Shown: positions 56,751 to 64,000 of the stretch, in pieces | Numbering within the stretch: the stretch's first letter is position 1 | Layout of the letters: every line of letters starts with the position of its first letter | Source of the DNA: an uncultured Chromatiaceae bacterium | GTDB taxonomy: Bacteria > Pseudomonadota > Gammaproteobacteria > Chromatiales > Chromatiaceae | Direction of reading: 5' to 3' | Length of the DNA stretch: 64,000 nucleotides | NCBI GenBank assembly: GCA_964523415.1 | Contig: CAZFZB010000001.1 | Location: 16,073 to 80,072, forward strand | Notes under the pieces: generated by a model | Told to the model about the DNA's origin: nothing | What the model saw: the letters and a program-made list of their open reading frames with translations, nothing else | The model's database searches: none | Program-made: the position numbers and the translations under genes

Positions 56751-58937
56751 ATGACTAGTTATCTGAACATCGATCACGTCAGCATCACCTTCCCGACCGA
56801 CAAGGGGCCGTTGAATGTTCTCGACAACGTGAAACTTGCCGTGGCCGAAGGAGAGTTCATCTCGCTCATCGGTCACTCGGGCTGCGGCAAATCCACCGTA
56901 TTGAATATCGTGGCTGGGCTGCTCAAGGCCACGGCAGGGGGCATCATTCTTGAAGGCCGTGAGGTGGATGAGCCCGGGCCGGACCGTGCCGTAGTATTCC
57001 AGAACCATTCCCTGCTGCCCTGGCTGTCAGTTTACGACAACGTCCGCCTCGCCGTAGACCAGGTGTTCAACAAGAAGAAGTCCCGCAGGGAGCGTGACGA
57101 GTGGACACGCCATAACCTCGAACTGGTGCACATGTCGCATGCCCTGGACCGCAAGCCCGACGAAATCTCTGGCGGTATGAAGCAACGGGTCGGCATTGCC
57201 CGGGCACTTGCCATGGAACCTAAGGTCCTGCTGATGGACGAGCCCTTTGGAGCCCTCGACTCGCTAACCCGCACCCATATGCAGGACTCCCTGATGGAGA
57301 TCCAGGCGCGGCTGAACAATACCGTCATCATGATCACCCACGACGTGGATGAGGCCGTACTTCTCTCAGACCGGATCGTGATGATGAGCAACGGACCCTC
57401 GGCCACTATCGGCCAGATCCTGGAAATCGACCTGCCACGTCCCCGCAACCGTATCGCCCTGGCCGACGATCCAAGCTACAACCATTACCGAGCCGAGGTG
57501 CTGCGTTTCCTCCACGAACGACACCAGAATCCGGACAAAAGGATCGAGGCCCAACCCACACCAAGCGCCAAGGCACATCCTAACAATATCGTGCCATTCC
57601 CCACCCTCAAGGCGACTTCAGCCAATGGCACCGGCTTTGTGGAAAAACGCAAGCTGGCGCTCGGTTTCATGCCTCTCACCGATTGCGCCCCCCTGGTCGT
57701 CGCGCTTGAGCACGGCTTCTTCTCCAAACAAGGCCTGGACGTAACCCTATCGCGCGAATCCTCCTGGGCCAACATCCGGGACAAGGTGGCGACCGGGATG
57801 CTGGACGGCGCCCAGATGCTGGCCGCGATGCCCCTTGCCAGCACCTTGAACGCCAGCCGCGGCCAGCCCATGGTCACCTCGCTGAGCCTGGACCTCAACG
57901 GTAACGCCATCACCGTGTCGAAAGAGATCTACGGCCGCATGTTGACGGCCACGAGCTTGGACATCGAGACCCCCCTCGGCGCCGCCCTCGCCCTCAAACA
58001 GGTGATCGACGCCAACCAGGCGGCCGGCCGGCCGCAGCTGTCCTTCGCGACCGTCTTTCCCGAGTCCTCGCACAATCTTCTGATGCGCTACTGGATGGCC
58101 AGCGCCGGCATCGATCCCGACCGGGACGTGCGGCTCATCGTGGTCCCCCCACCCCAGATGGGCAACTATCTGCGGGCCGGGGTCATCGCCGGCTATTGCG
58201 TCGGCGAGCCGTGGAATACCTATGCAGTCACGGAGGGTCTCGGGAGGACGCTGTTGACCAGCCGCGACATCTGGAACAACCACCCCGAAAAGGTGCTGGG
58301 TGTGACCCGCATCTGGGCGCAGACCAATCCCAACACCCACCAGGCGCTGGTCACCGGCCTCATCGATGCCTGCATCTGGCTCGATGATATCAACAACCGC
58401 CGCGAGGCCTGCCAGCTGTTGAGCGCTGGCCGCTATGTGAATGCACCGGCGGACGTGTTGGAAAAATCACTCACCGGGACCCTTCAGCTTTCGTCAGACC
58501 AGCCGCCTCGCGCAGCCCCAGACTTCAATATCTTCCATCGCTATGCCGCCAATTTCCCGTGGCGCTCCCATGCGCTTTGGTTTCTCTCCCAGATGTTGCG
58601 TTGGGGTCTGATCGACCGCGCCATCAAGCCGGAAACGCTGGCAGCCGCCGTCTATCGGCCAGAGGTCTATCGTGCCGCAGCCGCCAGGCTCGGCATTCAG
58701 TGCCCACAGATCGACTACAAATCGGAAGGCCTTCATGCCGGGGAATGGACGCTGGCGAACGGTGAGAACCACCTCCTCATGGGTGCCGATCTCTTCATGG
58801 ATGGCCGAGCGTTCGACCCTGAGGACCTGATCGGGTATCTGGCCGGCTTCAGCCAGAGCCACATGACCGTGACTCTCGACGCACTGGCCACTGCCATCGA
58901 CGGCAACCGGGGCGGATTCTTGAACACCGCAGGCTAA
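56751..58937 (+). CDS. nrtC: Nitrate ABC transporter ATPase fused to a C-terminal NrtA-like domain (NrtC type)
   Basis: N-terminal ABC ATPase with GHSGCGKST, ISGGMKQRVGIARAL and VLLMDEPFGALD. Linker, then an approximately 440-aa domain (LALGFMPLTDCAPLVVA...) paralogous to NrtA. Confidence 0.85.
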   Translation: MTSYLNIDHVSITFPTDKGPLNVLDNVKLAVAEGEFISLIGHSGCGKSTVLNIVAGLLKATAGGIILEGREVDEPGPDRAVVFQNHSLLPWLSVYDNVRLAVDQVFNKKKSRRERDEWTRHNLELVHMSHALDRKPDEISGGMKQRVGIARALAMEPKVLLMDEPFGALDSLTRTHMQDSLMEIQARLNNTVIMITHDVDEAVLLSDRIVMMSNGPSATIGQILEIDLPRPRNRIALADDPSYNHYRAEVLRFLHERHQNPDKRIEAQPTPSAKAHPNNIVPFPTLKATSANGTGFVEKRKLALGFMPLTDCAPLVVALEHGFFSKQGLDVTLSRESSWANIRDKVATGMLDGAQMLAAMPLASTLNASRGQPMVTSLSLDLNGNAITVSKEIYGRMLTATSLDIETPLGAALALKQVIDANQAAGRPQLSFATVFPESSHNLLMRYWMASAGIDPDRDVRLIVVPPPQMGNYLRAGVIAGYCVGEPWNTYAVTEGLGRTLLTSRDIWNNHPEKVLGVTRIWAQTNPNTHQALVTGLIDACIWLDDINNRREACQLLSAGRYVNAPADVLEKSLTGTLQLSSDQPPRAAPDFNIFHRYAANFPWRSHALWFLSQMLRWGLIDRAIKPETLAAAVYRPEVYRAAAARLGIQCPQIDYKSEGLHAGEWTLANGENHLLMGADLFMDGRAFDPEDLIGYLAGFSQSHMTVTLDALATAIDGNRGGFLNTAG

Positions 58938-59002
58938 TTCATCCGCGAGGCGCATGGCCCCCATGGGCCCTGGCCTCGGGACGTTCAGGAGACAGGTAAC
59001 AG

Positions 59003-61462
59003 ATGAAACAGAAACTGGTAGTCGTTGGCAATGGAATGGCAGGCATACGTACCCTGGAGGAATTGTTGAAGCTGGCACCCGAGATGTACGACATCACCGT
59101 CATCGGGGCCGAGCCTCACCCAAATTACAACCGCATCCTGTTGTCGCCCGTATTGGCCGGCGAAAAGGGCCTGGACGATATCATCCTTAACAGCCGCGCC
59201 TGGTATGCAGAGCACGGGATCGTACTGAAGACTGGCGATCCGGTCACCAGCATCGACCGCGTCAATCGGAGGGTCCAGACCGAATCAGGAGATAGCATCG
59301 GTTACGATCGGCTGCTCATCGCAACGGGTTCATCCCCCTTCATCATTCCCATACCGGGCTCCCAGCTCGAAGGCGTCATCGGCTTCCGCGACATCAAGGA
59401 CGTGGACACCATGTTGGAGACCGCCGGGCGCTACGAACATGCCGTGGTCATCGGGGGTGGACTGCTGGGTCTAGAGGCGGCCAACGGCCTGGTCAAGCAG
59501 GGGATGAAGGTGAAGGTGGTTCATCTGCTCGATACCTTGATGGAACGCCAACTCGACAAGCCGGCAGCAGACCTGCTCAAGGTGGCGCTCGAGAAACGCG
59601 GCCTGCAGTTCCTCATGGAGGCCCAGACCGCCGCCATTCTGGGTGAGACCCGGGTCACCGGAGTCCGCTTCACGGACGGCAGCGAGATCCCTGCCGACCT
59701 GGTGGTGATGGCAGTGGGCATCCGTCCGAACATGGCACTGGCGCAGCAGGCTGACATCTATTGCGAGCGCGGCATCGTCGTCAGCGACACCCTGCAGACC
59801 TTCGATCCGAGCATATACGCCGTGGGCGAGTGCGTTCAGCACCGAGGCCAATGCTACGGGCTGGTGGCTCCCCTATTCGAACAGGCCAAGGTGTGCGCCA
59901 ACCATCTGGCCAATCTTGGCTACGCCCGTTACGAGGGTTCGGTGACATCGACCAAGCTCAAGGTCACGGGTATTGACCTCTTCTCCGCCGGTGATTTCCT
60001 CGGCGGCGAGGGCACCGAGGAGATCGTGCTGCGGGATCCCGCCGCCGGCGTCTACAAAAAGCTGGTGGTGAGGGATGACCGTATCGCCGGCGCAGTCCTC
60101 TACGGCGATACGGTGGACGGTGCCTGGTACTTCCAGCTCATGCGCGAAGGCACGGGCATCGCCGACATCCGCGATCACCTGATGTTCGGGCAGCACCACC
60201 TCGGAGATTCTGGCCATGGCGGGCAAAATCAGGCGGCACTCATGGCCGACGATGCCCAGGTATGCGACTGTAACGGCGTCTGCAAGGGCGATATCGTCAA
60301 GGCCATCTCCGCCAAGGGATTGTTCACGCTTGATGACGTCAAGGCCCACACCAAGGCGGCAGCCTCCTGCGGCTCCTGTACCGGACTGGTGGAGCAGATC
60401 CTAGCCAATACCCTGGGCGGCGACTATTCGGCACCCGAGCTCAAACCCCTGTGCCCCTGCACTGACCTGACCCATGACCAGCTGCGCGCCGCCATTCGTG
60501 ACCAGCGGCTGACCTCGATCCGCAAGGTCTTCTCAACCCTGGACTGGCGGCGTCCAGACGGCTGCCATGTATGCCGACCGGCAATCAACTATTACCTGAT
60601 CTCCACCTGGCCCAAGGAGGCAATGGACGATCCCCAGTCCCGCTTCGTCAACGAACGCGTGCACGGTAACATTCAGAAAGATGGCACCTTTTCGGTGATT
60701 CCTCGCATCTGGGGTGGCAAGACCACGCCCAACGAACTGCGCGCCATCGCCGACGCGGCCGAGCGATTCCAGGTCGGCGAGGTGAACATCACCGGCGGAC
60801 AGCGCATCAATATGCTGGGGGTAAAGAAGGAACATCTGCCTGCCATGTGGGAGTTCCTGAGTGCCCGTGGCCTTGTCTCCGGCCATGCCTATGGCAAGGC
60901 CCTGCGCACGGTGAAGACTTGCGTCGGCTCCACCTGGTGCCGTTTCGGCACTCAGGACTCGACGCAGATGGGCATCGAGCTAGAGCAGATGACCTGGGCC
61001 TCCTGGATGCCACATAAGTTCAAGATGGCGGTCTCAGGCTGCCCCCGGAACTGCGCCGAGGCCACCATCAAGGACTTCGGAGTGGTCGCCATCGAATCGG
61101 GGTGGGAACTGCATATCGGCGGTAACGGCGGCGTCAAGGTGCGTGCTACCGACATGCTCTGCCGCGTAAAAACGGCCGAGGAGGTCAAGGAATACTGCGG
61201 TGCCTTCATCCAGCTTTATCGCGAGGAGGCCCGCTACCTGGAACGTACCGCCCCCTGGGTCGAGCGCGTCGGGCTCAGCTACATCAAGGAGCGAGTCCTC
61301 GACGACGCAGGCAACCGCAAGGCGCTGCACGCGCGTTTCCTCGAATCCCAGGCGATCGCTCAAAAGGACCCCTGGAGCGAGCGGGCCCAAGGCGCCGCGG
61401 CCCACGAATTTAAGCCGTTGAAGGTCATCCCCACACCGGCAGGACTCGAGCAGGCGCACTGA
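59003..61462 (+). CDS. nirB: Assimilatory NAD(P)H nitrite reductase large subunit
   Basis: FAD/NAD motifs VVVGNGMAG and VVIGGGLLGLE, a BFD-like 2Fe-2S segment, and siroheme/4Fe-4S motifs TCVGSTWCRFG and SGCPRNCAE. Confidence 0.95.
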   Translation: MKQKLVVVGNGMAGIRTLEELLKLAPEMYDITVIGAEPHPNYNRILLSPVLAGEKGLDDIILNSRAWYAEHGIVLKTGDPVTSIDRVNRRVQTESGDSIGYDRLLIATGSSPFIIPIPGSQLEGVIGFRDIKDVDTMLETAGRYEHAVVIGGGLLGLEAANGLVKQGMKVKVVHLLDTLMERQLDKPAADLLKVALEKRGLQFLMEAQTAAILGETRVTGVRFTDGSEIPADLVVMAVGIRPNMALAQQADIYCERGIVVSDTLQTFDPSIYAVGECVQHRGQCYGLVAPLFEQAKVCANHLANLGYARYEGSVTSTKLKVTGIDLFSAGDFLGGEGTEEIVLRDPAAGVYKKLVVRDDRIAGAVLYGDTVDGAWYFQLMREGTGIADIRDHLMFGQHHLGDSGHGGQNQAALMADDAQVCDCNGVCKGDIVKAISAKGLFTLDDVKAHTKAAASCGSCTGLVEQILANTLGGDYSAPELKPLCPCTDLTHDQLRAAIRDQRLTSIRKVFSTLDWRRPDGCHVCRPAINYYLISTWPKEAMDDPQSRFVNERVHGNIQKDGTFSVIPRIWGGKTTPNELRAIADAAERFQVGEVNITGGQRINMLGVKKEHLPAMWEFLSARGLVSGHAYGKALRTVKTCVGSTWCRFGTQDSTQMGIELEQMTWASWMPHKFKMAVSGCPRNCAEATIKDFGVVAIESGWELHIGGNGGVKVRATDMLCRVKTAEEVKEYCGAFIQLYREEARYLERTAPWVERVGLSYIKERVLDDAGNRKALHARFLESQAIAQKDPWSERAQGAAAHEFKPLKVIPTPAGLEQAH

Positions 61463-61495
61463 TCCACCTTATTGAAAAGCTTATAGGAAATACCG

Positions 61496-61843
61496 ATGCA
61501 AACACCTGAACTCATCTCAGACTGGGTCGACGTCGGCAAGATCGAGGATATCCCTCCCCTCGGCTCACGCGTGGTGAGGGCCCCGGGCGGTGATATCGCC
61601 GTTTTCCGCAACGCCGATGACGAGATCTTTGCACTGTTCAATCGGTGTCCACACAAAGGGGGCCCCTTGTCCGAAGGTATCGTCTATGGACGGACGGTCG
61701 CCTGCCCGCTGCACAACTGGTGTATGGAACTGAACACTGGACAAGTGGTAGCGCCCGACACGGGGTGCGTGCCGAGTTATCCGGTCCAGATCCTTGAGGG
61801 CCGGGTGCTGCTGAAGCTGACCCCGGTAGACACCGGCGCCTAA
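61496..61843 (+). CDS. nirD: Nitrite reductase small subunit (Rieske-like)
   Basis: CPHKGGPL...CPLHNW. 115 aa, immediately after nirB. Confidence 0.9.
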   Translation: MQTPELISDWVDVGKIEDIPPLGSRVVRAPGGDIAVFRNADDEIFALFNRCPHKGGPLSEGIVYGRTVACPLHNWCMELNTGQVVAPDTGCVPSYPVQILEGRVLLKLTPVDTGA

Positions 61844-61883
61844 TTCCGATGAAGGCTCCTTAAGTACAGGCCCGCGACCAGCA

Positions 61884-64000
61884 ATGACGACAGACCCCAA
61901 CAGCATCAAGACCACCTGCCCCTATTGTGGCGTAGGGTGCGGCATCGAGGTCACCCTTGGCGACGGGCCCCCGCAGGTACTTGGCGACCCGGAGCATCCC
62001 GCCAATGGTGGACGGCTCTGTTCTAAAGGTGCCGCCCTCGCCGAGACCCTCGGCGAGGAGGGTCGGCTACTGTTTCCCCAGATCGAGGGCCGGCGGGTGT
62101 CCTGGGACCAGGCCCTGAACCATGTAGCCGAACGGCTTGGGACCCTCATCGCCACCCATGGTCCGGACGCAATCGCCTTCTACGTATCGGGCCAACTGCT
62201 GACCGAAGACTATTACGTAGCCAACAAGCTGATGAAGGGATTCATCGGCAGCGCCAACATCGACACCAACTCCCGGCTTTGCATGTCCTCTTCGGTAGCA
62301 GGTCACAAGCGTGCCTTCGGTGCCGACATCGTGCCATGCAACTACGAGGACCTGGAGTTGGCGGACCTGGTGGTACTCACCGGTTCCAACGCCGCTTGGT
62401 GCCACCCGGTGCTCTTCCAGCGCCTGCGGGCGGCGCGGGAGGCGCGGCCCTGGATGCGGATCGTGGTCATTGACCCCCGCCGCACCGCCACCTGCGATAT
62501 CGCCGATCTCCATCTACCGCTCGCCCCTGGCACGGACCCCATGTTGTTCGGCTCCCTGCTCGACTACTTGGACCGCACCGACGCGGTGGACTGGCAATAC
62601 ATCGTGAACCATACCAACGGCTACGCCGAGGCAGTAACCGCGGCGCGTCAGGAGGGGGATCCGAGCCGCGCGGCGGCAGCGGCATGTGGTCTCGCCGTCG
62701 AAGACGTGCTGGAGTTCTTCGAGTGGTTCCGCATCATCGAGAAGACGGTCACCGTTTATTCTCAAGGTGTGAATCAATGGTCCTTCGGTACCGATAAGGT
62801 CAACGCCATCATTAATTGCCATTTGGCAACCGGACGCATCGGGCGGCCCGGGATGGGACCCTTCTCCTTCACTGGTCAGCCCAACGCCATGGGAGGGCGC
62901 GAGGTCGGCGGTCTCGCCAACCAGCTCGCCGCCCATATGGATTTCGAGCCCGCCAACGTGGACCGCGTCCGGCGTTTCTGGAACGCGCCCCGGATCGCCA
63001 CCCAGCCTGGCCTCAAGGCCGTCGAACTCTTCAAGGCTATCGAGGCCGGCCGCGTCAAGGCGGTATGGATCATGGCTACCAACCCGGCGGTCAGCCTGCC
63101 CGACGCGGACCGTTTTCGCGCCGCACTGCAAGGCTGCGAGTTGGTAGTGGTCTCGGACTGTGTCAAGACCACCGACACCACCCTGTGCGCCCAGGTACTG
63201 CTTCCTGCAGCCTCCTGGGGCGAGAAAGAGGGTACCGTGACCAATAGCGAGCGGTGTATCTCCCGTCAACGGGCATTCGCCCCCGCACCGGGAGAGGCGA
63301 AGCCGGATTGGTGGATCATCACCCGAATGGCACAGCGATTGGGATTCGCCGCCGCCTTCCCCTATGCCTCCCCCGCCGATATCTTTCGGGAGCACGCGGC
63401 CCTGTCCGGGTTCGAAAACGGAGGGAAACGGGATTTCGACATCGGCGCACTCGCCCACATCGACGATAGAAGCTACGACTCCCTGTCCCCATTGCAATGG
63501 CCAGTAGAGACCCATGCGATCCAGGGTACGCCACGGATGTGCGTTGACGGCCGGTTCTACACCGCCGATCAGCGCGCACGTTTCATTCCGGTAGACAGGC
63601 GTGCCCCTGCCCACCCCACGGACGATAGCTTTCCCCTCGCCCTCAATACCGGCCGCATCCGGGATCAGTGGCACACCATGACCCGTACCGCCCGGGCACC
63701 CCGCTTGATGGCCCATATCCCTGAACCCTTCGTCGCAATGCATCCCCAGGACGCGGCCGCGCAGGGTCTCGCCGAAGGAGGCCTGGCGCAAGTGATCAGC
63801 CGTCAGGGTAGGATGCAAGGGCGCGTTTGCGTAACCGATACCCAGAGGCCTGGCACCGTCTTCGTGCCCATGCATTGGAGCGACCAGTTTGCATTGAAGG
63901 GCCGTGCTGACAGCGTCACGAATCCGGCCCTGGACCCTATCTCAGGTCAACCCGAGTTCAAGCACACCCCCGTGCGAGTGATTCCACTCGCCCATTCCTG
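61884..64000 (+). CDS. nasA: Assimilatory nitrate reductase catalytic subunit (molybdopterin oxidoreductase), 3' end outside the window
   Basis: My own translation from ATG 61884 gives MTTDPNSIKTTCPYCGVGCGIEV...RLCSKGA (4Fe-4S motif) and SRLCMSSSVAGHKRAFG. The frame is open to the window end. This ORF is not in the supplied track because it has no stop. Confidence 0.9.
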   Translation, partial: MTTDPNSIKTTCPYCGVGCGIEVTLGDGPPQVLGDPEHPANGGRLCSKGAALAETLGEEGRLLFPQIEGRRVSWDQALNHVAERLGTLIATHGPDAIAFYVSGQLLTEDYYVANKLMKGFIGSANIDTNSRLCMSSSVAGHKRAFGADIVPCNYEDLELADLVVLTGSNAAWCHPVLFQRLRAAREARPWMRIVVIDPRRTATCDIADLHLPLAPGTDPMLFGSLLDYLDRTDAVDWQYIVNHTNGYAEAVTAARQEGDPSRAAAAACGLAVEDVLEFFEWFRIIEKTVTVYSQGVNQWSFGTDKVNAIINCHLATGRIGRPGMGPFSFTGQPNAMGGREVGGLANQLAAHMDFEPANVDRVRRFWNAPRIATQPGLKAVELFKAIEAGRVKAVWIMATNPAVSLPDADRFRAALQGCELVVVSDCVKTTDTTLCAQVLLPAASWGEKEGTVTNSERCISRQRAFAPAPGEAKPDWWIITRMAQRLGFAAAFPYASPADIFREHAALSGFENGGKRDFDIGALAHIDDRSYDSLSPLQWPVETHAIQGTPRMCVDGRFYTADQRARFIPVDRRAPAHPTDDSFPLALNTGRIRDQWHTMTRTARAPRLMAHIPEPFVAMHPQDAAAQGLAEGGLAQVISRQGRMQGRVCVTDTQRPGTVFVPMHWSDQFALKGRADSVTNPALDPISGQPEFKHTPVRVIPLAHS

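Noticed and set aside
62514-63875. 453-aa ORF on the minus strand
   Set aside because: It is entirely antisense to nasA, whose plus-strand translation carries clear molybdopterin oxidoreductase motifs. Its composition is Gly/Arg/His/Pro-rich, as expected of a shadow ORF in GC-rich DNA.
1-64000. CRISPR arrays, transposases, integrases, prophage or toxin-antitoxin genes
   Set aside because: None was seen. There are no regularly spaced direct repeats and no recombinase or transposase motifs in any listed ORF.

Overview
This is a GC-rich proteobacterial chromosomal window, and its gene content suggests a sulfur-oxidising gammaproteobacterium, though I cannot name the organism. It is about 90% coding and mostly housekeeping. 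Recognisable blocks, in order, are: hda; a diheme cytochrome c and ATP sulfurylase (sat); cell-wall enzymes; an RNase II-family nuclease; ygfZ; a rimK module; trmO; glyA-nrdR-ribD-(ABC exporter)-ribE; pnp-rpsO-truB-rbfA-infB-nusA-rimP; sprT; metA with an MTA/MTI phosphorylase; hpt-nagZ next to peptide-type ABC permeases and an L,D-transpeptidase; and a complete nitrate assimilation locus (nasT, nrtA, nrtB, fused nrtC, nirB, nirD, and nasA running off the 3' end). I found no rRNA, tRNA, CRISPR array, transposase or integrase. Many long ORFs in the track are antisense shadow ORFs of the real genes, as expected at this GC content. The best candidate for an undescribed system is at 5651-7722 on the minus strand. 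There a Rad50/SMC-like ABC ATPase has hydrophobic transmembrane helices where the coiled-coil apex should be. It is translationally coupled (ATGA overlap) to a 67-aa ORF, has no SbcD/Mre11 partner, and lies directly downstream of the RNB nuclease. Other points worth a second look include a fully readable regulatory leader for the nitrate operon, an orphan NasT with no NasS, and a promoter plus tandem terminators where E. coli carries metY upstream of rimP. An AT-richer island at about 25.7-27.5 kb and several conserved-looking gene pairs of unknown function are also listed. All homology calls come from motif recognition by eye; no database search was run.
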